This document shows positions 16,325 through 29,250 of a stretch of 64,000 bases of DNA, piece after piece; position 1 is the stretch's first letter, and each line of letters begins with the position of its first letter. Position numbers and translations under genes: made by a program. The notes beneath the pieces are model-generated. The model had not been told where the DNA came from. It saw only the letters and a program-made list of their open reading frames with translations, and ran no database searches. This DNA comes from Octopus vulgaris (Eukaryota), in contig OX597821.1 of NCBI GenBank assembly GCA_951406725.2, forward strand, positions 116,808,001 through 116,872,000, given 5' to 3'.

Positions 16325-18348
16325 TAAAGAACAAGAAGAATGATGGAAGGAGATGATATTCCTCCGATATCATGAACCTTGCCTTCCATTATCAAAAAAG
16401 TATTCCAGCAGGATCAGTCAGTGGCCAGTTTCACTGCAAATAACCCGGCTGCTGCGAGGTTTTTGCCCTTTCAGCTTTTTTCGTAGCTTGAAGTTTTTCC
16501 GGGTCAGGTGGTTAACCCGAAGCTTAATCATTTACCTTTGGGAAATAAACTGATAAACTGTAAATGGTGCTGCGAACTGCCAACCGAGACCCACTATGTA
16601 TAGCGTGGATCGCTTTCAAACATAGACATTTGGTTGTTGGTTTTCTTAAGACTCCGCCACCGTTACTGCAACTCCTCCGCCTGTCTAGCGGTGTAATGTC
16701 AACACAGACCGTCTTGTGCTTTAGCCAACTGAAACGGTGTACCAAGGGGACACTTGCCTAAGGTGACGTACAATAGAATTGAACCCGAACCTACGTGGTT
16801 TCAAAGCGAGATTCTTAACCACCCAGCTATGTTTGCGCCTCATACTGGAGGCACAAGGTTTCAGATTTGGTGGGTAAGGGATGAGTCGATTACATCGACC
16901 CAGTGTTTCACTGGCACTAAATTTATCGACCCCGAAAGAGTGAAAGGCAAAGTCGGCCTCGGTTGACCAGCGCTTCATAATAATAATAATAATATCGCCT
17001 CAGCCGACAATAATTGAAGCGTTAATGTTAGAAATAGAAGTAATAAGATCATAGATAGATGAAGCCGAAGAGTTAGAGGAAGAGAGATAAAACAAGCGGA
17101 GGAACAGAGATGGGGGCGGGTGCAAAAATGTAAGAACGAAGAATGAGCTGAGGTTTGGCTTCAAAGCTGCGCATTCCCTGCTGGCGGTATGGCATTCTTT
17201 TGGCTTCCTATATAAAACTTTCAAATCTCATTCGTTGTTTATCGCAAACTGACAAGAACTGCCTGACACATCTTTTAAAAAGCTGTAGATTACACACTAA
17301 ATTGTACTTATAAACAAGCTACCAATTCCCATTTCTCAAATCGCTACCAAGCGTGTGTGACTCAGTGTCGTGGCTGACGTCACTACAGAAGTTAGCAGGT
17401 AGAATAATAATGATACTACTACTACTAATAATAATAATAATGATACTACTACTAATAATAATGATAATAATAATAATATATGAACGAAAATAAAAAGACT
17501 AATGCCGAGCCCATCTGCTAATGTGAACATTCGACGAAGAATGTGGACGAATATGAGAAAATCCGTATAGAAGAAATTCGAACCAAGCGGAAATGAAGTA
17601 GTGCTGGGATATGCTGAAATTTGATTGGTTGACTGGTTCGTCACATGATTTAATAAGTATTTCATTAAGATAGGTAAGCTAAAAAGAAAATTAGTAATTC
17701 TATACGTGTTTTAGAAGATAGATAAAAGTAAGAGGAAGATGAGTTTGAAATACGAAAAATCAAAGGAAAAAAATGAAGGAAATTTAAGGAAGAAGGTTGT
17801 GGGAGATGATTAGTATGAATTTGAAAATGAGGCTTAAAATATTTATCAAAATATGCAACTATGAAATATTTCTTTCTGATAACATACCGCTTTTTTCATA
17901 GGCACGACGCCATTAAATTTGGAGGCGGTAATTAAGCTAAGTCTTAACCTTATCTTTTACTTTTTACTCACTTCAGTCGTTGGATTGCGGACATGCTGGA
18001 GCACCGCATTGCAAGGTTTAATTGAATAAATCCACCGTCACTCTTGACGAACTTTTAAGTCACAGCGATGTAAATATACCAACACTGGTTGTCGAACGCT
18101 AGTGGGACAGGCACAAACACAGAGATACACGCACACATATATACATATGGTTTTCGTCATTAGAATTTAGAAACTTCGAGAGAACGTGAACTATTTCTTT
18201 TTAATGTACAACTCGAAGTAAATAAGGTTATAAATAAAAGTCTACAACTATCGAGTTTAAAAAAAACCTTTGAATGAAAAAAGAAGGGAATTTTGACCCA
18301 ATCTATTATCTATTGCTTTCCACATTCATACATTCATACACACGTATA

Positions 18349-18381
<33 letters not shown>

Positions 18382-18450
18382 ATGTATGTATGTATGTATG
18401 TATGTATATGTGTGTGTATGTGTATGTGTGTGTGTGTATGTATGTATGTA

Positions 18451-18487
<37 letters not shown>

Positions 18488-18759
18488 ATGTATGTATGTA
18501 CATGTATGTGTGTGTGTGTGTACATATATATATCGTCAGTGGATCCTTATCCGAAAAAAAAAAGCACACTCTAAAAATTGGAGCGGAAGTTAATTATGTG
18601 TGCAGTTATAGATTGACCAATGGTTTTTTTTCATCCAGAAAGTGCTTAGCTTTATAGACAATTCATCAGACCCCAATGGCTGCGGGCATATAACCTCTCT
18701 TCAAACCTCCAATTCAAACCTCTATGACAGGACACATACAACTTCAGACCGGAAGTTGT

Positions 18760-19056
18760 ATTTATTGAGCGAAAACACCTAAAGCTCCACAAGGCTCCGG
18801 CAGGGATGTGGTGGCGAACCCTGCTGTACTCTTTCACCACAACTTTCTCTCACTCTTTCTTCATGTTTCTGTTGTACACGTATTTCAAAGGGCCAGCCTT
18901 GTCAGACTCTGTGTCATACTGAATCTCCCCAGAGAACTACGTTCAGGGTACACGTGTCTGTGGAATGCTCAGCCACTTGCACGTTAATTTCACGAGCAGG
19001 CTGTTCCCGTTGATCGTATCTGCTGGGACCCTTGCCGTCGTGACCGACGGAGTGCT
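18760..19056 (+). mobile_element. SINE family C (tail 1), 5' truncated
   Basis: tttattgagcgaaaacacctaaagctccac...cgtgaccgacggagtgc. Confidence 0.85.
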
Positions 19057-19229
19057 TCAAAAAATCCCGGGCTAACATCCTTCACCCAGATATGTCTCCA
19101 ATAATAATAACTCTTTGCTAGAGTGGGCCATGGTGCCCCATATATGACTAAAAGACTTCACCAGGTGGTGCTATTGAGTTAGACATGGCCTCGACCTATA
19201 CTGGCCGAAACCTATCAAAGTTATCAAAG

Positions 19230-19312
<83 letters not shown>

Positions 19313-20604
19313 TATATGACAAACGAGCTTCAACACAGTTTTCGTTTACCAAATTCACTCAAAAGGCTTTGGGTATTTGTAGGACCAGGACTATAGCAGG
19401 ATAACTATTGATTGGCTTAAAATAGAGAAGTATTCAAATAATTTTAATTTTCACTTGTAGATTGGGAAGAAGGTCAGCTGTAGACTTTAAAGAATTGAGA
19501 AACGCTGTTGACGTCAGCTACAATACTGGTGGACTTGAACCATCTGCGCTGGATTGGCAATTGTTGAATTATGGTGGTATTAATATCCTGCGCAATGTCA
19601 CTTTGGAGAAGGCGGAGAGTGCACGTTTTTAGGAAGAAGGACTCGTTGTTTAATGTGGTCCTTGATACAGCGATTTTCAAAACCACGATCAGACATTAGG
19701 ATCAGATAATGTCTGATCGCAATAAATAAAAGAAAAAAATGTCTCGTTAATTCCGGCTCTCGATCTCCAGACGATACTAAAAATACCAAGTGATAGAGAA
19801 GTGGGTGGGGTCTGTAAACTAATATGGTATCGTTGTGAAGAAATTGTAAATATTTTTACAGGAAATACTTAAGTGCATACACCCATTGCTTCTAATTTTC
19901 TGTGAAAAGCAAGGATAAATTCTCAGTAATAATCCTTGGGAATTGTTCGTGATTATTACTCAATTATTTCGTTTTTGGATTTGGTTTGCAAGATTTTTTA
20001 TATGAGTTCGTGTGTTGAAGCATATTCTGTTGTGTCTGGGGAGAGTCATTTTCTTTTTGTGCCTTTTTATGAAACACAATCACCGGTAAAAAGGTTGCAA
20101 ATTACTCTCCCCAGACACAATAGATTACTCAATTACTTTTGCTTTTGACATCTCCATGTTCAGTGCTAGCTGAGTGCTTAACTGTGACCCTGTTGAAGAA
20201 AGACGTTTTTCAAACTGGGTTACTGAGATATATCTGTTAAGTGCAGCACTTATGTTGGTAGGAAGATGAAATTTCTTCCCTCCCATCTCCAAATCTAGTT
20301 TTCTGTGAAACATGCTCTCAACTCATCAGCAGGTCTCCCCTTATGTCTGATTGTAGAGTTGGTATGAAATCACCAGAGAGCAAGACTATCACTCCAGCCG
20401 TCATGTTAGTGTTTCCTCTGAGAACTTAAAAGGTGCTTCAGGATATTTGTCTGTCTGGGCCCTTTGCTAATATTAATGACTTTCAAAGACACCGGATTTC
20501 ATTTTATAATATACTACAAAGTATATTAAACACTTTATAAGTAATTACAGTGTACTGCTGTGTTAGCAGTGCTATTAAATCACTTGTCAAGGTTAGCTTT
20601 TTTT

Positions 20605-20825
20605 TTTGTTCTTTTACTTGTTTCAGTCATTTGACTGCGGCCATGCTGGAGCACCGCCTTTAATCGAGCAAATCGACCCCGGGACTTATTCTTTTGTAAG
20701 CCCAGTACTTATTCTATCGGTCTCTTTATTAGAAGACACTTGCCCAAGGTGCCACACATTGGGACTGAACCCGGAACCATGTGGTTGATAAAGAAGCTAC
20801 TTACCACACAGCCACTCCTGCGCCT
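20605..20825 (-). mobile_element. SINE family A with internal deletion
   Basis: Head joined directly to the 3' module. Confidence 0.85.
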
Positions 20826-21028
20826 ATATCTCTACAGATTTTCTATAGAAATGAGAGCCAGCCCTAATTTTGTCACGAGGTTTCGTATCCGAATACGCCT
20901 AATTTAAACAACAATGAGATCAAAGATGGAAACATCGGTTATGGGTGTATATGCCATACCTCAGGAGTTCTTGCTCCTTCGCCATCACTACATCCAACCC
21001 ATTGGCCATCCACGAACACATTGCTTAA

Positions 21029-21769
21029 ATCGTCGTCGTCGTCGTGGCACTCCGTCGGTTACGACGACGAGGGTTCCGGTTGATCCGAATCAATGGAACA
21101 GCCTGCTCGTGAAATTAACGTGCAAGTGGCTGAGTACTCCACAGACACGTGTACCCTTAATGTAGTTCTCGCGGGGAGATTCAGTGTGACACAGAGTGTG
21201 ACAAGGCTGGCCCTTTGAAATACAGGTGGGACACAACTACTGACTTTGGCTGAGCTGGATCGTATTCCCTCAAACACAACATGGACAGTTTCTTCAGCAG
21301 GATTTTGTGATCCACTCAGTCAAATACCTTGCTGAAATCAAGGTGTATGACGTCAATTTTGGAGCCTTCTCCCAACGTTTTTAAGGAGTACTCCGTCGGT
21401 TACGACGACGAGGGTCCCAGCAGATACGATCAACGGAACTGTCTTCTCGTGAAATTAATGTGCAAGAGGCTGAGCACTCCACAGACACGTGTACCTTGAA
21501 CGTAGTTCTCGCAGGGAATTTCAGTGTGACACAGAGTGTGACAAGGCTGGCCCTTTGAAATACGGGTACAACAGAAACATGAAGAAAAGTGAGAGAAAGT
21601 TGTGGTGAAAGAGTACAGCAGGGTTCGCCACCACAGCCCTACCGGAGCCTCGTGGAAGCTTTAGGTGTTTTCGCTCAATAAACACTCACAACTCCCAGAC
21701 TGGGAATGGAAACCGCGATCCTATGACCGCGAGTCCGCTTCCCTAACCATTGTGCCATTGCGTCTCCAC
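21029..21769 (-). mobile_element. Composite retroposed unit: SINE-C + CR1/L2-type RT fragment + second SINE tail
   Basis: An 11-bp TSD acattgcttaa at 21018-21028 and 21770-21780. The spacer translates on the minus strand to EGSKIDVIHLDFSKVFD*VDHKILLKKL. Confidence 0.75.
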
Positions 21770-21987
21770 ACATTGCTTAATTAGCCACCAAAGGGATCAG
21801 TGTAACAAATCAATGCTGGTTATTATTTCTGTAGAATATCAATAGTGATTACCATAACAAGTGATTTTCTCATATTGGACATGAGACGATCAATGTGTTT
21901 TAAGCTGAGTGACATTTCGAAAGTATATTTGCACACATACACACATATACATACAGACACACCCACATAAGTCTAACATGCCCAAGA

Positions 21988-22021
<34 letters not shown>

Positions 22022-22402
22022 CAGATGGTGTTTAAGTGTAAACTTCAAAAGCATCATTCCTCGCATAGATTCCTAAGTCAAACTGCTGCCTTTTCCGCAT
22101 TAAAGAAATTCCTGAGACAGTTGACGAGAGCCAGTGGATGTGACACGGAAGGCAGAGGTCAGAAGAGAGTAGCGGTTAGAGGATAGAAGATGCAAGTTGA
22201 AGGAGGAAAGTAGTGTTGGAATGTCCTCTCCTTATTGTGGTAGGTGTTAGAAACAATGTCAGCTGGAAGGATGCACATATCATTCCCTCTGGAAATAGAA
22301 GCGAAAAGGAATTTCCTCAAAATATGAGAAATAAACAGGAAAAGAGGATTATCGGAAAAAATATGACTGAAAATTTATCCATTTATGAATATCTTACAGA
22401 AA

Positions 22403-22450
<48 letters not shown>

Positions 22451-22468
22451 TACATATATACGTTTATA

Positions 22469-23197
22469 CAGGGTTATTCAAAAAGAAAGAGCAGATTTTA
22501 AATTTATTTTTAAAACAAATGGTAAGAGACAAACACATTCTACATATTTGTTGATAGGTGAAGGTTTAAAGTTTATTTCAAGGTAGTATGCACTCAACAT
22601 GAGCACCATGTGTTGCTCGACAAACATCGAAACGGTAGTCTGTTTCTTGCCACACTCGAAACACCTGATCTGTGGATATTGTGACGAGGTGGATTTTTAT
22701 TGAAATGGCGGCGAAATTCACGTTGCGCTTGCACAATCGATTCGCATTTCTCAAACTGCAGCACACAAAAAGACTTTTCTTGTGGCGTCGCCATTTTCTG
22801 AAGGAATACGATCCTGCTTTGTGTTTCTAAGGGAATACGATCCAGCTCAGCCAAATTCAGTAGTCGTGTCCCACCTGTATTTCAAAGGGCCAGCCTTGTC
22901 ACGCTCTCTGTCACGCTGAATCTCCTCCCCAGAACTACGTTCAGGTTACACGTGTCTGTGGAATCCTCAGCCACTTGCACGTTAATGAAAATTATACAAC
23001 TTTAAATAAAATGAACAAAAGGAAACATTAAAACAAAATCAAAATATTATTTTATTTAAGGCTTAATTCAATTGATCATGTTCGGCTATAAACTTTAAAC
23101 CTTCCCCTTTCAAGAAATATATAGAATGTGTTTGTGTTTCTTACCGTTTGTTTAAAAAAAAATTTGAAATCTACTCTTTTTTTTTTTAATAACCCTG
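22469..23197 (-). mobile_element. Internally deleted Tc1/mariner-superfamily transposon (DUF4817-type HTH transposase) carrying a SINE-tail insertion (22830-22985)
   Basis: About 108-bp TIRs beginning cagggttatt, with TA TSD. The N-terminus MATPQEKSFCVLQFEKCESIVQAQREFRRHF is fused to the C-terminus VWQETDYRFDVCRATHGAHVE. Confidence 0.88.
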
Positions 23198-23539
23198 TAA
23201 ATGTATGTGGGTATGTGTGATCATCATATATGTGAATGTAGAGGTACACATATTCTTTTTAATTCGTGCAAATGTGTCTAAATATAGGTATGGCTTGTTT
23301 TGGTTTCAAATTTTGACACAAGGCCAGAAATCTCGGGGCAAGGTCGACCTCGGCGGAATTTGAACTCAGGACGCAAAGACGGACGGAATTCCGCTAAGCA
23401 TTTTGTCTGACCCGTTAACGACTGCACCAGCAGCTCGCTGCCTTAGTTATGGTTTATATTGACATATTATTATATTTACGTGCATATATAAGTATGTATG
23501 AAAGTAAATAGATAATTATTCTTTAACAAGAATATTATT

Positions 23540-23580
23540 GACAGTGACTTCGAAGTTTCGGCCAGCTAAGCCATCATCGG
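23540..23580 (-). ncRNA. Truncated/degenerate minimal hammerhead ribozyme motif
   Basis: CCGAUGA-u-ggc(uuagcug)gcc-GAAA-CUUCGAAG-UC-acuguc; the 5' strand of stem I is lost. A related copy is at 48750-48795. Confidence 0.5.
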
Positions 23581-23826
23581 AGAAGACCCGTCAAGCCAAG
23601 TGAAATCGAAGTTATGGCCGGTGCCAATGACGCGTAAAAGGCATCCTCTACTCTTTCGGAGTGGTTACCGTAGAAACCAAGCCAAAACCAGATTGGAACC
23701 TGGTACAGCTCTCCGACTTACCATTTCCAGTCAAACCATCTAACCTATGGCAGCACGGAAAGCGGACGCTAAATGATGATGATGATGATATATATATATG
23801 TATATATAAATATATATGTATGTATA

Positions 23827-23992
23827 GGCGCAGGAGTGGGTGTGTGGTAAGTAGCTTGTTTACCAACCACATAGTTCAGGGTTCAGTCCCACTGCGTGGC
23901 ACCTTGGGCAAATGTCTTCTACTATAGCCTCGGGCCGACCAAAGCCTTGTGAGTGGATTTGGTAGACGGAAACTGAAAAGAAGCCCGTCGTA

Positions 23993-24050
<58 letters not shown>

Positions 24051-24248
24051 TGTGTGTGTCTGTGCTTGTCCCCCTAGCATTGCTTGACAACCGATGCTGG
24101 TGTATATATATATATGTCCCCGTTACTTAGCGGTTCGGCAAGTACTGGGCTTACAAAAAGAATAAGTCGAGTTGCTCGATTAAAAGCGGTGCTCCAGCAT
24201 GGCCGCAGTCAAATGACTGAAACAAGTAAAAGAGTAAAAGAGTAAAGA

Positions 24249-24250
<2 letters not shown>
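23827..24250 (+). mobile_element. SINE family A, near full length
   Basis: ggcgcaggagtgggtgtgtggtaag head, internal (TA)n(TG)n, and 3' end gaaacaagtaaaagagtaaaagag. Confidence 0.9.
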
Positions 24251-24288
<38 letters not shown>

Positions 24289-24292
24289 GCAC

Positions 24293-24930
24293 ACAAGGGA
24301 GTACCCAAAAGTAACCGGAAACGTTCTCTTTTGGACGAGCCCGTTGTAGTTCAGGCATCTGCCGCTAGAGGCCACTTGATGCGACCCTCAGGCATCGGTC
24401 TGCCGACCGTCGTCATAGGGTCGAGCCATGTCGCTGCGTGGTGCGTCTGCGTCTTTGTCTTGCAATGCTTCTCCCCTGTTCATCGATATTTGCGATGGTT
24501 GAAAAGAAGGAACAATGTGCTTCCGTAAAATTCTGTCTTCTGCTTGGGAAAACGGCGGCTGAAACAGTTGTCATGCTTCGAACAGCTTACAAGAACGCTG
24601 GCATAAGCAAAACTCCAGTTTGCGAGTAGTTTTCGCGATTTAGGAATGATCACTGGTGACTTGAAGACCAACTTCGTTCAGGACGGCCATCGACCTCTCG
24701 AACGAATGAAAACATCACGAAAATTCATGATCTGATCTTGGAGGACCGTCACCGAACAATTGATGAACTTGTTGATATGAGTGGTGTGTCCTGGGGCTCC
24801 TGCCAACGAATTTTGAGTGAGGAATTGCGAATGAAAAGAGTTTGTACCTCGCTTGCTCACAGAAGATCAAAAGCAGTCACGACTGAATGCGTGTTGCGAA
24901 CTGAAAGAAGAGTTAGAAGTTGATCCGGAC
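24293..24930 (+). pseudogene. 5' half of a mariner element; dead transposase (HTH region)
   Basis: TIR-like aagggagtacccaaaagtaaccggaa. From the ATG at 24495: MVEKKEQCASVKFCLLLGKTAAETVVML...LEDQLRSGRPSTSRTNENITKIHDLILEDRHRTIDEL...LTEDQKQSRL, with stops and frameshifts; truncated before the DDD domain. Confidence 0.9.
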
Positions 24931-25122
24931 CAGGCTTCTTCCACACGCACATACAAACTCTCTTATACACACGCACGCGCACCTTCGTTTTGGATCACCA
25001 CCACTTTGTTATCTCCCCTTCTCCCTAGCTCTCCTGTGTGACCCTTCTGTTCGGCCTTTGCCATGATAGATCGCTAGCCACTACACATTCTTTATTTTCT
25101 CTCCTTGTTTCTTTCTGTGTTC

Positions 25123-25158
25123 CTTTTTGTGGAAGAGCATAGGCTCGAAACGTTAAAG
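25123..25158 (+). ncRNA. Minimal hammerhead-like motif (A6U-type family) within a PLE-like terminal fragment (~25050-25248)
   Basis: cuuu-UUGUGGA-a-gagc(auag)gcuc-GAAA-CG-UU-aaag. A homolog lies at 34850-34885. Confidence 0.55.
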
Positions 25159-25253
25159 ACTTTTTTACTTCCCGAGCGTTATATTAATACATCTGTTTGC
25201 AGTCTACACCACCTGTCTTCGTCTTTTTTTTTTGTGAATTCTCCCCTTATATA

Positions 25254-25284
<31 letters not shown>

Positions 25285-25557
25285 GGTCACGTACACGTAG
25301 ACACATGTACACATAAATACAAACGCGCGTGCACACATATGTGAGTGTGTGTGCGTGTGATTGTGTGTGTGCTTGTACATTACTCTACTTTACATATTGA
25401 GTTCTTTCTTCAAAGTCATTTCGTCAAACCTTTTCGTACTGTATACATAAATGAAAATTATCTATCTATTTGTCTGTCTGTCTGTCTGTCTGTCTGCCTG
25501 ACTGTCTGTCTGTCTGCCTGACTGCCTGTCTGTCTGTCTGTCTGTCTGTCTGTCTGC

Positions 25558-25663
<106 letters not shown>

Positions 25664-26836
25664 CTGTCTGTCTGTCTGTATGTCTGTCTGTCTGTCTGTC
25701 TGTCGGTCTGTCTTCTTGTCTGTGTGTCTGTCTATCTATTTATCTGTCTGTCTATCTATCGCCTTGACATATGCATGTATGTATGTATGTATGTATGTAT
25801 GTATGTATGTTTGTATGTATGTATGTATGTATATGTAAACTGTATGTATATGTTCATTCCTATGTATACGAATTAGTGTGTATTTGGAAATAGTCGCGAG
25901 TGGATGTGTGTGTTTGTGCGTGCGTGCGTGCATGCATGCCTGCGTGTGTGCGTTTGCGTGTGAGAGTGAGTGAGTGAAAATGTGTGGATGCGAGTTCAGA
26001 CTCGCGAGTGTCTATATATAACAATATCTGAATCATCTCTGAGAATCTCAAAGATATCCTCAAGTCATCGTACCAAATACACCTTAAGGAAATTTACACT
26101 TCAAGAGAGGAAAGACGTCCAGAGCACAAAATATTCGTCGACAATTTCCGGTATGAACCAACTCCGCCGTTCGGTTTCCTAACCTTATAGGCCTAAACAT
26201 TTCCTGTAAAAATATTTACAATTTCTTCACAACGATACCATATTAGTTTAAAGATTTTCTGTCTTCCACTTACTTTTCTATTTCCAGTTATTTTTAGCGT
26301 GGCTTGCGAGCAGAGAACAGGGGTCAACCGGACAACTTGTTTTCCGATCGGACATTATTTGCAGTTTAGCAGATCGTTGTATTAAGCCAAGGATCACGTT
26401 AAGCAACGTGTCCTTCTTTCTAAGATGGCCATGACTTCTAGATGGATGACAGGAGGGGATTTTGGCTGTTGTTTCTTGCAGGTTGGATGATCACATAGAT
26501 ATTCTCCCCTTTACTCGCTGTTGTTTTGTTCTTCTGTTATAATTATATTCATCATTACCAGGCTGCAAATGTAATAAAATACCATATCTCTCTAACAGTC
26601 TATTTATTCATTCATCAATCAACCAACCGATCAATCGATCAATCAATCAATCAATCAACTAATACATACATACGCACACACACACACACACACACATACA
26701 TACATACATACATACATACATACATACATACATACACGCATACATACTCACAAAGCCCGGTCTAGGTATCGAAACCGCGAGTCTGCTGCTCTAACCACTG
26801 GGCCATTGCGCCTCCACACACACAGACAGACAGACA

Positions 26837-26936
<100 letters not shown>

Positions 26937-27014
26937 GTTGAGTTGTGGGGTATCGCACGAGTGGGATTATATAAGAAAAAAGGTTTGAACATGCAATTTA
27001 AACGATGTTTATTT

Positions 27015-27055
27015 ACTTAACCGGTTTCACTCTTTGGTAAAAGATTGTCAAAAGT
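27015..27055 (-). ncRNA. Minimal hammerhead motif, U3-A8 core variant
   Basis: acuu-UUGACAA-ucuuu(uacc)aaaga-gu-GAAA-CCGG-UU-aagu. Confidence 0.55.
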
Positions 27056-27084
27056 TACATTTAAGGAAACATTGAATAATATGG

Positions 27085-27210
27085 GTTCAAAAAAGTTTTT
27101 TACATAATTGTCACATTGAATATTATGCATTCAAAAAAGTTTTTTACATAATTGTCACATTGGATATTATGAATTCAAAAATGTTTTTTTGTACATAATT
27201 GTCACATTAC
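27085..27210. repeat. About 45-bp minisatellite x3
   Basis: ttcaaaaaagttttttacataattgtcacattgaatattatg repeated three times. Confidence 0.85.
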
Positions 27211-28198
27211 ATGTATAAATATAGTGTTTGGTAACAGAGAAGTTCAATAGTGTGATGAGAATATTTGGGAAAATTTGGCAGAAAAGGATAAAACAAATAT
27301 ATTATTGGGAATTGGTTGCGTTAATTATTGGTTGTCGCAAATTGTCACATTACATGTATATATATACAGTCTTTGGTATATATATACAGCCTTTTGACAG
27401 CAAAAATTAAAATGGATTTTTTATACATCTCAGAATATTTTAAGTTCAAGGCGAGAATATGTTTTTACTGACCTGTCGGTATTAGCAGAAAGGCTGAACT
27501 GAGAGAAAAGGAGAAGTAGCCAATGTGGTGTATACTTCCCCTTTATGCATGAATGATTTTGGGGTTATCAGGAGGTTAGTATGCGGGTGTGAATAGATGT
27601 GTCCGTGCCTGCTGGTCAGATAGCGTCTGTTTGTCACACACATATATATACACACACACACAACAACACACACACACACACACACATAGTATATAAACAC
27701 ACACCACATACAAACAACACACACACACACACAGACACACACACCCACACACAACGCACCCACATATATCACATATACATACAGCACACAAATATAACAT
27801 GTATCTATATATAACATACACAGATATATAACACACATACACACACAACACACACAACACACGCACACATACATAATATAAATATCACACAAATACACCT
27901 AGCATATATATACACATACAAATACACACATACAGCATGTAAATAATACACATACACAATATATGCATGCAATATACATACGCAATACATACATATAATA
28001 TATATATATATAGACAATGCATATACATATATACATATATACATATAAATAGTGTTTACATACACATACATAGATGTACCACATATACACACAATACACA
28101 TACATACAATGCATACACATACACGTACGCATACATATAATATATATATACACACACACACACATAACATACATACACAATGCATACATATATATACA

Positions 28199-28312
<114 letters not shown>

Positions 28313-28317
28313 CTTAT

Positions 28318-28500
28318 AGCGGCGACCTGGCAGAAACGTTAGCACGCCGGGCGAAATGCTTATTGGTATTTCGTCTGCTGCTACATTCTGAGTTCAAATT
28401 TCGCCGAAGTCGACTTTGCCTTTCATCCTTTCGGGGTCGATTAAATAAGTACCAGTTACGCACTGGGTCGATATAATCGAATTAATCCGTTTGCTTGTCT
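28318..28500 (+). mobile_element. SINE family B
   Basis: Head plus conserved core. Confidence 0.88.
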
Positions 28501-28793
28501 TTGCTCTTGTTTCTTCCCGGCTAAACACAAAACTTCGTTGCATAGCGAACGCCCAAATTGTCTTCACGTCTCGGTTTCAATCTGCAATCAAGTCAGCCGT
28601 GACAAGCAGTGTTTAGTCGGATGTATTCAAAGAGCTGTTACAGCCGTCTCTTTCAATCTGGAATAACAAAAGTTGGCAGGTCAGCTTATTAGATTTATAG
28701 TTATGATATACCAAAATTACAGTAATCTACAACAGTCATAACTGTCTCTCCTATAAGAGTCTCAAAACTTCTGGAAGGAATCTTGTATGTATG

Positions 28794-28896
28794 TCATTGT
28801 TCAGTTTTATTTCAAGATTTCTTGCCAATACAGAAAGAGCTGGTTTCTAACCTAGATCCAAGGCTCCTTCATTGGAATTTCAACATCAACAACAGG
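28794..28896 (-). mobile_element. Short ~103-bp dispersed element embedded in (TATG)n
   Basis: Homologs at 56468-56570, 61069-61176, 63920-64000 and a partial one at 35868-35913. Strand is inferred from a GAAACCGGUU half-motif. Confidence 0.8.
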
Positions 28897-29082
28897 ATAT
28901 TTTTGTTTGTATGTATGTATGTATGTATGTATGTATGTATGTATGTATGTATGTATGTATGTATGTATGTATGTATGTATGCATGCATGTATGTATGTAT
29001 GTATGTATGTATGTATGTATGCATGCATGCATGCATGCATGCATGCATGTATGTATGTATGTATGTATGTATGTATGTATGC

Positions 29083-29117
<35 letters not shown>

Positions 29118-29204
29118 CTGTATATATAGCTCCTATCAAATGTGTTGAGAGCTACTTTCGTTTGTTCACTCAGTCGTGTATACATACACGCGCGATGCGC
29201 GCGC

Positions 29205-29250
<46 letters not shown>

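Noticed and set aside
19185-19220. ggcc...ggccGAAA stem
   Set aside because: No recognisable CUGAnGA or covariant core, and no stem I.
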